64,000 nucleotides of DNA from a bacterium (GTDB lineage Bacteria; Zhuqueibacterota; Zhuqueibacteria; Residuimicrobiales; Krinioviventaceae): assembly GCA_963675755.2 (NCBI GenBank), contig CAXXMD010000002.1:1376001-1440000 (forward strand), read 5' to 3'. Under the pieces are notes generated by a model. That model worked only from the letters and a program-made list of their open reading frames with translations. It was not told the origin of the DNA and searched no databases. The translations under genes were made by a program, and so were the position numbers. Shown in pieces: positions 28,579-38,219 of the stretch. Within the stretch, counting starts at the first letter, position 1. Every line of letters begins with the position of its first letter.

Positions 28579-30060
28579 TTATTCAACCGTAACGACTATC
28601 CGCTGATATCTTGTTAGTTGTGGAGTACCTGAATCTTTTACCTCGCAAATGACGTGGATGGTTTCACCTTTAGCAGCATCTTTAGGTATAATAAAGGATG
28701 CCTGTTCCTGCCCTGCATCTTTAATATCAATGATTCCATTATAGGTATCAGCTTCTTTATATTGCCACCATTGATATGTGAGATCATCTCCATCTGGATC
28801 GGTTGTGCCCTTGGCGTTTAAATTCACCAAATCACCCGGTTTTACCTGCAAATCTAATGAATGTGCCAGCTTGACAATGGGTGGATGATTGGCCTCATCA
28901 TACGAATTCACACACCAGTCAGCACGTGCAGCAAAATCATTTTGAAACGCTTCAGACCAGCGCCAGATAGGTTTGAAATACTCACGGTGCGCTTTGTTGT
29001 TTTCGGCTGTTGCTCCATTTCTGGAACTTTGTCTACCCCATGCCGTAGATGTATACCAGCGACCTTTCGGGTACTCATAGCCATCAACCGGCACCGGATC
29101 AAGCCAGGTATTCTCTCGTACGCGCACATAGCGACCACCCCAGCCTCCCCAGTCCGGTGATTCCAAATTGCGTAAACCGGTAACAATCTCGTGCATAAAT
29201 GAAGGAGAATCTCCTTCTGAACGAAAATCTCCGTCATCAAATCCTTTATCTCCGGCTTTGTGTGCTTTGTAAAGCGAGCATAAAGGGCCATGATCTTCCA
29301 GGATATTGCTTTTCATCCACTCACCAACATAATATGGATGCATATCCTGGGGCTGACAGTTCTTCCATCGATAGGCAATGGCTTCAAACTGGTCAGAAAT
29401 TATGGTAAGTATTTGATATTTGCCCCAGTGCGGACGAATATATGCCTGGTAGGTTGAATCCTGTTCCCAGATAAAAAAGAAGCGCATTTTATTTGCTACC
29501 TCTTGCATGCGGTCGGGATGATCTTCCTCGATTGTCAAAAGTGCGCGCGCAATGGTATTTGTTCCGCCCCAGGCCTGTAACCAAATCGGACGTTCATCCG
29601 TATTGTCCAGAAGGACCTTGACAATGAGTTGAGAACCGGCTGTCACTTTATCCATTTCACCTTCGGTTTCAACATTTCCCAGGGCTGTACGTTCTTTGAG
29701 ATATTCCGGTGTAGGATATTCAGGATCATGCTTGACCAGATTGGGATAAATCTGCGTATACGCATCCAGGTAGGGATCGATCCAGTCATCACCGGCCCAT
29801 CTGTGCCCATGCCAGTGATATTGCGAGCTTGAAGTCACAATCGCTTCAATGTCCCAGTCATTGGCATAAAGCAGACAACGCACCATGGAACATTCGTCAT
29901 CGATCTCACCGTCGCTTGTAATAATAACACGTGGTTTTTCCTGCCCAATTGCAATTTCCTGATGAGTACAAGAAATTACACCAAATAGAGCCAATGAAAC
30001 TGTTAACAACATCATGAAATGTTTCATGGTTGAAAATGGAATCCAAATATTTCTTTTCAA
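28579..30060 (-). CDS. DUF1593 (Sde182 nucleoside-hydrolase-like) probable lipoprotein, copy 2
   Basis: Same motifs as copy 1; VISC lipobox-like signal. Confidence 0.85.
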   Translation of the reverse strand: MKRNIWIPFSTMKHFMMLLTVSLALFGVISCTHQEIAIGQEKPRVIITSDGEIDDECSMVRCLLYANDWDIEAIVTSSSQYHWHGHRWAGDDWIDPYLDAYTQIYPNLVKHDPEYPTPEYLKERTALGNVETEGEMDKVTAGSQLIVKVLLDNTDERPIWLQAWGGTNTIARALLTIEEDHPDRMQEVANKMRFFFIWEQDSTYQAYIRPHWGKYQILTIISDQFEAIAYRWKNCQPQDMHPYYVGEWMKSNILEDHGPLCSLYKAHKAGDKGFDDGDFRSEGDSPSFMHEIVTGLRNLESPDWGGWGGRYVRVRENTWLDPVPVDGYEYPKGRWYTSTAWGRQSSRNGATAENNKAHREYFKPIWRWSEAFQNDFAARADWCVNSYDEANHPPIVKLAHSLDLQVKPGDLVNLNAKGTTDPDGDDLTYQWWQYKEADTYNGIIDIKDAGQEQASFIIPKDAAKGETIHVICEVKDSGTPQLTRYQRIVVTVE

Positions 30061-30107
30061 AATGTAGTCTCCTATTAAAATATCAACGACACTTGATACG
30101 ATGCTGA

Positions 30108-32012
30108 TTATTTCTGCCTACGTACAACTACTACCCAATCCTTGTTTGGATTATTTGGAGCTGTTCCCAATGACTGCATTCCAGATCCTTCTAAAATTTT
30201 AACGGACCCATCTTGCAATCCGCCACCATTTCGTGGATCATACCATTTGACCGAGTATTTCATGTTGGGCATCTCCACGTCTAAATATTTTCCAAGAGGC
30301 TCTCCCAAATCAAGTAGACTTTTGCCTCCTTTTTTCAGCAAGATAATAAAAGTATCACCTTGCTTTGCAAAACAAAAATCCCCTACCTGTGATGGGAAAT
30401 ACGAGGATATCAATTCATTTTGTGATGTCATTTCAGTCACAGGAAAATCATTTTCTACAAAAAAATCAATGCATATTCTGCCCATATCCCAGAACAAATC
30501 CCTGCTGCGGTAATCCTGGCAGGTCAAATCAGAATGCGGATGTTTGTAACCAAAATACCACTCGGTACCCCAACCTCCGGCCAACATATGGCCCCAAAGT
30601 CCGTTGGTTCTAGCATAAAAGTGTTCTGGATCTTCACCGTCGGTGAGCAGTGCATGACTCGCATCACCGGGCTCATCACAAGCCACTGCCCATACTTTTC
30701 CTGCTGCGATGGATTCATCGATAACTCGTCTAGTCTGAGAGTTAACCCTTCTAAAATCAGATTTATTGGTCTGAAGGGATGCACCTGTCAATTTAGATTG
30801 ATCACCATACATGGAATCAAACCAATCTCCATTATGAATGACCATATGATGATGATAAGGATCGGTATCAAAAATATATTGTGCAACAGCCTGACGTTCT
30901 GAATCAAATAAAGGCATGGATTTACTACCATCAATATTCTTTGACCAATCACCAACTTCTTCACCAAGATTCCAGTTCATGGCGAGATGGTGGCCAAACC
31001 TGGCAATCAGCTCACGATAATATAGCCTTGTATTTCCACCAAGACCTCCAAAGTCTAATAAACCCTGATTTTCGGATTCTAACGTTTTAAAATGGAGAAA
31101 CAGGCCAAGCTTTTGTCCATGATCAAAAACCATTTCCCATTGATCCAGCTTTGAACAATCAAACCGGTCCCAAGTGTCATAGTCAATATAAGGAAACACA
31201 TTTTGATCATCACCGTTAATATTGTTTGTTAAAAAAGAAAAAGCATTAAGCCCTTTAGATGCCAGATAATTTAAAGCTCCAATAATTTCTTTACCCCGGC
31301 CATCAGCCCATTGAACATCCCCGTCTTTCCAATCTTTCAGATGAGGTCCCCAGGTTTTTACCAGATCATCCTTGTGACCATCAGTTGCAAAATCACCATC
31401 AAATCCATAGTAGGAAAGAAAATTCTCTGGTGCATCTGATCCGCATTTATAAAAGAACTTGCCAGTTTCAGCAAATCGTAAATATCTTTCACCCACATAT
31501 TCAAGCCTACCATGTGCTCTAAAATCTCTGCCAGATTTGTCTGATGCTACAATTGAGAATTTGCCAGTGACTCCATCCATATAGCCACCCGTTGGCACTC
31601 GCTCATCAGTACGCGGCCTCACAGCCACCCATTTTCCTTTTTTGAAATCAACCGAGTAATCCCACTCGCCAATTTCATCAGGAGAGAATTTCACTCGCCA
31701 CTTGTTTCCAAAAGTGGCAGAAGTCATTCCTGCATTACCATCTGCTGCAAAATAACCGGGGACTTTGTATGATTTCCCCGTTTCCTGATGCGTAAAAGTC
31801 ACATTCAAACGATAGTTAAAAAATGGATTGTACTCATCGGTTTCTGAACATTCGGGGCCGTTAAAAGTAAGTGTTACGGTATGCCATTTCTTTAATTCAC
31901 CTGAAAGCTTTACACTTTTTGAGTCTGTATTAATTGAGGATTGGGCTTGCAGCCTTATTGTTCCGGAAACGAACAAGAATAGTGTTAAAATCAAGTAACT
32001 CAACCTTTTCAT
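30108..32012 (-). CDS. DUF5060 + TIM-barrel glycosidase-like + collagen-binding-like domain protein
   Basis: Signal peptide; NPFFNYRL.V.F..VPGYFAADG and WRVKFSPD N-domain; WNLGEE and ACDEPG acidic motifs; WYDPRNGG...DWV C-domain. Confidence 0.75.
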   Translation of the reverse strand: MKRLSYLILTLFLFVSGTIRLQAQSSINTDSKSVKLSGELKKWHTVTLTFNGPECSETDEYNPFFNYRLNVTFTHQETGKSYKVPGYFAADGNAGMTSATFGNKWRVKFSPDEIGEWDYSVDFKKGKWVAVRPRTDERVPTGGYMDGVTGKFSIVASDKSGRDFRAHGRLEYVGERYLRFAETGKFFYKCGSDAPENFLSYYGFDGDFATDGHKDDLVKTWGPHLKDWKDGDVQWADGRGKEIIGALNYLASKGLNAFSFLTNNINGDDQNVFPYIDYDTWDRFDCSKLDQWEMVFDHGQKLGLFLHFKTLESENQGLLDFGGLGGNTRLYYRELIARFGHHLAMNWNLGEEVGDWSKNIDGSKSMPLFDSERQAVAQYIFDTDPYHHHMVIHNGDWFDSMYGDQSKLTGASLQTNKSDFRRVNSQTRRVIDESIAAGKVWAVACDEPGDASHALLTDGEDPEHFYARTNGLWGHMLAGGWGTEWYFGYKHPHSDLTCQDYRSRDLFWDMGRICIDFFVENDFPVTEMTSQNELISSYFPSQVGDFCFAKQGDTFIILLKKGGKSLLDLGEPLGKYLDVEMPNMKYSVKWYDPRNGGGLQDGSVKILEGSGMQSLGTAPNNPNKDWVVVVRRQK

Positions 32013-32408
32013 TTCAACTCCAAAATGTTAATGTAATTATTGATAATTAGCCGAATAAACATAATGAATTCAATTTCTTATTTCGCAAATTGTAAAAGCA
32101 CCACACGTTTCTTTTTTCAGACACGATTTACATTATTAAAATTTAGTTCTTAATTATTAAAATTTTATTAAAGAAAAATAAATGCCTCAATTGGGGCTTG
32201 CTGGCGTCGCACAACAGCATGCTAATCGTCATTTTTAGGTGATGCAATGAACAAAAGGGTTGTCCTCAACCAATAATCATCCTATTTTCAAGGTGTCATT
32301 CTTTGTGGGGAATAAACTAGGAAATCGTAAACTCAGTAGGTGGCAATGTCATATCCTGTGTTGCCAAAAACACTAATATTGTAATTGTATACGATAAAGA
32401 TTTTATGA

Positions 32409-33905
32409 TCAATCCTCTCTTTTTAAAAAAGATACAGCAGACTGCCATCCTTTGTAATCATCCATTACATCAGGATTATCCTGGCACTGATACACAACAT
32501 GATCATATTTCAATTGTTCCAAATCATTCAGGTCTTTATACATACCTGAACCTAAACCGGCCATAAGGGCAGCACCCATTGCTGAAATATCGGCTATACC
32601 TATGTTATTCACATTTACATGCAACAGATCTGCAATAAATTGCATTACAAATTTATTTTTGGTAATACCGCCATCAGCCATCAATTCTTTTAAAGCAATG
32701 CCGGCATCGGCTTCCATTGCAGTGATTACATCTTTGATCTGGTATGGAATGGATTCCAATGCTGCGCGAACAATATGGCGCTTGTCCGATCCAAATGTTA
32801 ATCCGCTGATCACCGCCCTTGCATCCATTTGCCAATGCGGAGCGCCTAATCCGCTGAATGCAGGTACCAGATACACGCCTTCATTATCATCCAAAGCAGT
32901 GGCCATTGCCTCGGTTTCGGACGAATCCGCAAATAATCCCAACTGGTTCTTGAGCCAATTGATACTCGCTCCGGCCGTCACAATAATCCCTTCAAGGGCA
33001 TAATCTGTTCTATCAGCAGTACTCCAACAAATCGTTGCAACCATACCATTCTGCGATTCTACTCGCTTGCTGCCGGTATTCATTAAAATGGAGGATCCTG
33101 TGCCCAGGGTTACTTTGGCATCTCCGGGAGTAAAGCATCCTTCTCCGAATGCAGCCGCGTGCGAGTCTCCTATCATACCGGTAATGGGAATGGGTGTTTC
33201 AAACACACCTTCAAAATCAGATTCACCATAGGAAAATGCAGAGGGTTTGGGTTCGGGAAGATTTAATTTTTCCACACCAAACAGTTTCAGCATCTCGGTG
33301 TCCCATTTCAACTCATTGATATTGAAAAACAAGGTACGGGATGCATTGGTATAATCCGTATAGTAGCTTTTGCCCTGGGTCAGTTTATATAAAAGCCAGG
33401 AATCCACAGTACCGCCAAATGCTTTGCCGGTATCAATTGCTGATTTTACGTTATCATTATTTTCATTCAACCACATGACTTTGGTACCAGAGAAATAGGG
33501 ATCAATGATCAACCCGGTGCGGGCTGTGATCTCTGTTTCAACATCCTGAGCTTTGAGCCGGTTACAGATCTCCACCGAACGTTTGCACTGCCATACAACG
33601 GCATTATGTAATGGTTTGCCTGTTTCATCCCATAGCAAATAGGTTTCACGCTGGTTCGAGATACCGCAGGCGGTAATATTGTTCAAATCTCCGCCCTGTT
33701 GTTTATACTGAACTACACACTGGCGAACGGATTCAATAACCGTTTGATAAATTTCTTCAGGGTCCTGTTCCACAAAACCGGGTTTGGGATAACTTGATGC
33801 CAGTTCCACAGTTGCTTTAACAGTCAGCTTTCCATTTTCATCAAATAAAACAGTTTTGGTTCCACTGGTTCCCTGATCAATCGCCAGGATTAATTTCTGC
33901 TGCAT
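32409..33905 (-). CDS. FGGY glycerol-kinase-like sugar kinase (candidate apulose kinase)
   Basis: AIDQGTSGTK, SNQRET, VWQC.R, TDYTNASRT, GDSHAA and VPAFSGLGAPHW motifs. Confidence 0.85.
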   Translation of the reverse strand: MQQKLILAIDQGTSGTKTVLFDENGKLTVKATVELASSYPKPGFVEQDPEEIYQTVIESVRQCVVQYKQQGGDLNNITACGISNQRETYLLWDETGKPLHNAVVWQCKRSVEICNRLKAQDVETEITARTGLIIDPYFSGTKVMWLNENNDNVKSAIDTGKAFGGTVDSWLLYKLTQGKSYYTDYTNASRTLFFNINELKWDTEMLKLFGVEKLNLPEPKPSAFSYGESDFEGVFETPIPITGMIGDSHAAAFGEGCFTPGDAKVTLGTGSSILMNTGSKRVESQNGMVATICWSTADRTDYALEGIIVTAGASINWLKNQLGLFADSSETEAMATALDDNEGVYLVPAFSGLGAPHWQMDARAVISGLTFGSDKRHIVRAALESIPYQIKDVITAMEADAGIALKELMADGGITKNKFVMQFIADLLHVNVNNIGIADISAMGAALMAGLGSGMYKDLNDLEQLKYDHVVYQCQDNPDVMDDYKGWQSAVSFLKRED

Positions 33906-33914
33906 GAAAAATCC

Positions 33915-34859
33915 TTACTTTAATAATTGCTTTGCGGTTTCTGCCAATCCTTGTGCAGAAATACCATAATGACCAAATATTTCCAACTGACTTCCGGGTA
34001 CCGTATATTCATCCGGAATGCCTACTCGCTTGAACGCAGTAGATATACCGGATTCCAGAATCAACGTGGCAACAGCCTCTCCAAGGCCACCATTTATCAG
34101 ATGTTCTTCTACAGTGATCACTGCATTACAGGATTTGGCCGCAGATATAACTGCTTCATTGTCTAGTGGTTTTATTGTATGCATACTGATCACACTGGCT
34201 GATATTCCATATTCTGCCAGTTCATCGGCAGCTAAAAGCGCATAATATACGGTTTCACCGGTTGCAATAAATGCAACATCCTCACCTTTACGCAATGTAA
34301 TGGCTTTGCCCTGTTCAAACACGGTATTTTCTGTATGCAGATCATACATGGGGCGTTTACCAAACCGAACATAAACGGGGTGAGGCATTTCAGCCGCAGC
34401 CATGATGGCATGACGGGTTTCAAAATTATCCGCGGGGACCATAATTGTTATATTATTAATAGCGCGTAATACAGCCAGATCATGCAGTGAGTGGTGCGTT
34501 GATCCCAACGCTCCATAACTGACACCTGCGCTGATCCCCACCAGCGTGACAGGATTATCAGAGTAACAGACATCGTTTTTGATCTGCTCCAGAGCACGGG
34601 CAGATAAAAAACAGCCCGGTGAAACGGCAAATACCTTTTTACCTGTAGACGCAAGTCCTGCGGATATACCCACCAAATTCTGTTCTGCAATACCAACTTC
34701 AACAATCTGGTCAGGATATTTTTCTCCAAAAGGTACCAGTTTCCCGGATCCTCGGGAATCACTGGTTACCGCTAATATCGTTTTATCTGTCTCTGCCAGC
34801 TCCATGAGGGTGTTGGCAAAAACTTCAAGATTGGGTTTTCCTAATACAAAGGAATTCAT
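33915..34859 (-). CDS. transketolase C-terminal (pyrimidine-binding) subunit (candidate AptB)
   Basis: VGIAEQN, RALEQIKND, GSTHHS, TIKPLD and EEHLINGGLG motifs. Confidence 0.9.
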   Translation of the reverse strand: MNSFVLGKPNLEVFANTLMELAETDKTILAVTSDSRGSGKLVPFGEKYPDQIVEVGIAEQNLVGISAGLASTGKKVFAVSPGCFLSARALEQIKNDVCYSDNPVTLVGISAGVSYGALGSTHHSLHDLAVLRAINNITIMVPADNFETRHAIMAAAEMPHPVYVRFGKRPMYDLHTENTVFEQGKAITLRKGEDVAFIATGETVYYALLAADELAEYGISASVISMHTIKPLDNEAVISAAKSCNAVITVEEHLINGGLGEAVATLILESGISTAFKRVGIPDEYTVPGSQLEIFGHYGISAQGLAETAKQLLK

Positions 34860-34957
34860 TACGAATACCAGCCTTTCAAATTATATCAATTTGCCTGAAC
34901 GAATAACAAATCAGGCAATGCTTATTATCTATATACCGCCACAAGCGGTGAATCTAT

Positions 34958-35782
34958 TTATAATGCGGACAACTGGCTATCCAGCTCCTGCATAGCAGTT
35001 TCATATTGTTCATCAGAAGGTACACCGTGGTGCCACTTTATCACATTTTCCATATAGGAAACACCTTTGCCTTTAGTGGTACGGGCAATAACCATAGTAG
35101 GTTTACCGGTTTTTAATGGTGCACTGTTTAAAACAGCTTCCAGCTCGTCCAGATTGTGTCCGTCAACCGTTTTTACAGCCCAACCGAATGCAGAGAATTT
35201 TTCTTCAAGGGGATCGGTCTCACATACTTCACGAGTGGGTCCTGTAATTTGTAGTCCGTTATAATCCAGAATGGCTACAAGATTATCCAGGTTATAATGC
35301 GATGCCGATAGCATGGCCTCCCAGTTTGACCCTTCCGCCAACTCGCCATCTCCCAGCAGGGTAAACACCCGATAAGGACGCTTGTCTTTTTTAGCAGCCA
35401 GGGCCATTCCCACACAGATGGGCAGCCCATGTCCCAGGCCACCGGTATTCTGCTCGATCCCTTTGATTTTACGGGTGGGGTGACCCACATAATTGGACTG
35501 GTACTTGCACAAGGTTTCCAGATCTGATACAGGGAAAAATCCCTTATCCGCCAGGACAACATATAACGCTTCTACCGAATGCCCCTTGCTTTGGATAAAG
35601 CGGTCACGGTCGGGATCAGAAAAATTATCCGGTGTTACATTTAAAACACGGTTGTAAAGCACATTCAAGATATCAATGCAGGAAAGATCGCCGCCGGTAT
35701 GACCGGCATTGGCAATCTTTATATATTTTAATATATTTTTTCGATACTCGATCGATTTTTTCAACAATTCAGTATTATTCAT
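34958..35782 (-). CDS. transketolase N-terminal (TPP-binding) subunit (candidate AptA)
   Basis: GHTGGDLS, RDRFIQSKGH, TGGLGHG, GDGELAEGSNWE and WHHG motifs. Confidence 0.92.
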   Translation of the reverse strand: MNNTELLKKSIEYRKNILKYIKIANAGHTGGDLSCIDILNVLYNRVLNVTPDNFSDPDRDRFIQSKGHSVEALYVVLADKGFFPVSDLETLCKYQSNYVGHPTRKIKGIEQNTGGLGHGLPICVGMALAAKKDKRPYRVFTLLGDGELAEGSNWEAMLSASHYNLDNLVAILDYNGLQITGPTREVCETDPLEEKFSAFGWAVKTVDGHNLDELEAVLNSAPLKTGKPTMVIARTTKGKGVSYMENVIKWHHGVPSDEQYETAMQELDSQLSAL

Positions 35783-35803
35783 TTTTACTCAACTATTTCA
35801 TTA

Positions 35804-37210
35804 TTATTGATGATTATAGACTTCCCAACCCAGGTAATTACTGAACGCTTCGCTCAAAACACCTGCGGTATGAGATACATTCATGGCAACATGGTGCTCA
35901 AATCCATTTTCACAGATATGCTTCAGCAATCCTTCTATATTGGGAATATTTGCAACAGCACGACTGCCAAAAGTATCCAACGGATCATTGGTGAAATCGC
36001 CTTCACCCACATAAGCATTGATCAGACCCACAGAATCATCAGTAGACAAGCGCGCATAAGTCAAAGGTCCTGCAGGGGTACGTCCTTCCATTGCGCCATA
36101 GGTATTCTCTTCACCCAATGTTGAACCCAGAATAGGAGCAGTACTGATTTTAATATCGGGAATAAAGGATTTTGCCCAGTTGCCGCAATGGAACATGACG
36201 ACCTTATCAGGCTCACCACCGTAATTATTGTTCCAGTCCGCGAGTGCGCTGGGGCGTCCCGAAGCCAACTGTAATGCATACATGGACAATGCACCCATTA
36301 CATCTACTTCGCAAGCACTGGGGATGAGCTTTTCACTCATCATACTCATGCTTGTACAAACATTTATACCAAAATTCATCTGTAAGGAATTCCAACACTG
36401 GATTGCGGTTGCGTTGAGCCCATTTTCCTCAACGAAACGATTGATTACTGCATCCAGTTTGGCCATGGACATTAATTTTTCTTCCGGTACTTTATCATAG
36501 TTTGCAAACGCTTTAATGGTTTCTAAACTCTTTTTCGCTGCAGGATCGCTGTTACTCAGGCGGTCAAAATCACCCCAGATCTGGGACAAGTCAACGGTTA
36601 CTACATTGATTCCATATTCCTGCAACAGTTTCTCACTATAACGTACTGTATTAAAAGCACCGGGGCGTGCGCCAATTGCACCAATTCGCGCATTCTTTAA
36701 ACCGTTTACAACACGGCAAACCGATACAAAATCAACGAGATCTTTATGGAACGCCTCATCCTGCAGGCTCATCACATGTTTACTTGTCAAAGAGTATGGA
36801 ATACCTGCCTGACGCAGGTTATTACATACAGAGATTTTACCGCACAATCCATCCCGACGAAGGGCAGGACTCAATTTATTCAAATCATCAGGACTGGCTT
36901 GAATCAATACAGGTACATCGAGTCCGGAAAGTTTCATGGTATCCAATACACCGCGTTCATCACCAAAATTGGGTAAAACAACCAGAACACCCTCTATACT
37001 ATCCCGATGTTTTTTAAACAGCTCTGCACAAACTTTGGCATCCTGATATGCTTCAACACCGCCCAGTTTGGTTGCCGTTTCATCCAGCATGATGGGTACA
37101 ATATCTAATTTCTTAAAAAGCGCAACTATTTCCGCACGCGCTTCTGTAACCAGGTGGTCCGGAAAAAAATCACGGTTACCAACAATAACGCCCAATGTTG
37201 CTTTACTCAT
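35804..37210 (-). CDS. L-fucose/L-arabinose isomerase family protein
   Basis: NFGDE, D.LCGK.S, AIQCW, ACEVD (metal ligands), FHCG and GFEHH motifs. Confidence 0.85.
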   Translation of the reverse strand: MSKATLGVIVGNRDFFPDHLVTEARAEIVALFKKLDIVPIMLDETATKLGGVEAYQDAKVCAELFKKHRDSIEGVLVVLPNFGDERGVLDTMKLSGLDVPVLIQASPDDLNKLSPALRRDGLCGKISVCNNLRQAGIPYSLTSKHVMSLQDEAFHKDLVDFVSVCRVVNGLKNARIGAIGARPGAFNTVRYSEKLLQEYGINVVTVDLSQIWGDFDRLSNSDPAAKKSLETIKAFANYDKVPEEKLMSMAKLDAVINRFVEENGLNATAIQCWNSLQMNFGINVCTSMSMMSEKLIPSACEVDVMGALSMYALQLASGRPSALADWNNNYGGEPDKVVMFHCGNWAKSFIPDIKISTAPILGSTLGEENTYGAMEGRTPAGPLTYARLSTDDSVGLINAYVGEGDFTNDPLDTFGSRAVANIPNIEGLLKHICENGFEHHVAMNVSHTAGVLSEAFSNYLGWEVYNHQ

Positions 37211-37224
37211 TTTTTACTCCTCAA

Positions 37225-38205
37225 CTATATATTATTCTTAATCTCTCTACTCATTTTGTCAATAATGACAGCCAACAGAATTACCAGTCCTTTAATGACT
37301 TGCTGCCAGAATGGTGAAACATTTAATAAAACCAATCCATTATTCAAAACACCGATGATCAGTGCTCCCTGCACAGTTCCGATAATAGAACCACGCCCAC
37401 CTGATAATGAAGTACCGCCTATAACTACCGCGGCAATAGAATCCAGCTCAAACCCCATACCCGCGTTTGGCTGTGCCGAATCGAGTCTTGATGTTACCAG
37501 CAATCCACCTACCGCAGACATGGTGCCGGCAAGGGTATACACAATCATTTTAACACGGTCTACATTCAACCCTGACAGGCCGGATGCTTTTTCATTACTA
37601 CCAACCGCGTAAATATAGCGTCCTAATCTCTTTTTTCGGGTGAGTACTACCATCAGCACAACAATTACAGCAGTGATCCACACCGGTACAGGGATGCCCA
37701 AAAACCAACCGGTTCCCATAAATGCAAAAGAATTTCCCAAACCGGTTATGGGAAATCCGCCTGTCCACAACATGGTTAATCCGCGTGCTATGGTCAACAT
37801 GGCCAGTGTAGCTACAAAGGGGGGTACCCTGAAACGGGTTATAGCTAATCCGTTCACCCAGCCCAAAGCTGAACCGGTCAACAATCCTGCAATCACTGCT
37901 CCCAGAAAGGTAAATCCAACAAACAGGTTCAAATCCGGAATTTCAATACCGTTTTTCAACAATCCTGCTGCTACCGCACCACTTATGGCCAGTATGGATC
38001 CCACAGAAAGATCGATTCCCCCTGTTAAAATTACCAGGGTCATTCCCATGGACAAACAGACATTGACCGATATCTGTCGCATTACATTCCAGGAATTATC
38101 TACGGTTAAAAACTTTTCCGTAAAAATTGATAAAAAAACGATCATGATCAGCAATGCAATCAATGACTGGAACCGTAACAATGTATTTTTCAAATTCTTG
38201 TTCAT
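37225..38205 (-). CDS. sugar ABC transporter permease (RbsC-like)
   Basis: GGIDLSVGS, PPFVATL, GRYIYAVGSNE and ELDSIAAVVIGGTSLSGG motifs. Confidence 0.93.
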   Translation of the reverse strand: MNKNLKNTLLRFQSLIALLIMIVFLSIFTEKFLTVDNSWNVMRQISVNVCLSMGMTLVILTGGIDLSVGSILAISGAVAAGLLKNGIEIPDLNLFVGFTFLGAVIAGLLTGSALGWVNGLAITRFRVPPFVATLAMLTIARGLTMLWTGGFPITGLGNSFAFMGTGWFLGIPVPVWITAVIVVLMVVLTRKKRLGRYIYAVGSNEKASGLSGLNVDRVKMIVYTLAGTMSAVGGLLVTSRLDSAQPNAGMGFELDSIAAVVIGGTSLSGGRGSIIGTVQGALIIGVLNNGLVLLNVSPFWQQVIKGLVILLAVIIDKMSREIKNNI

Positions 38206-38219
38206 GCAATTTCCTGTTT

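Noticed and set aside
32409-33905. canonical glycerol kinase glpK
   Set aside because: No glpF or glpD nearby; has WQC and GDSH where GlpK typically has WQD/WQC and GDQQ; lies in an isomerase-transketolase operon.
34891-34918. hairpin TTGCCTGA/TCAGGCAA between the transketolase subunit genes
   Set aside because: Short stem with a long loop and no clear U tract; cannot be supported as a terminator or repeat element.
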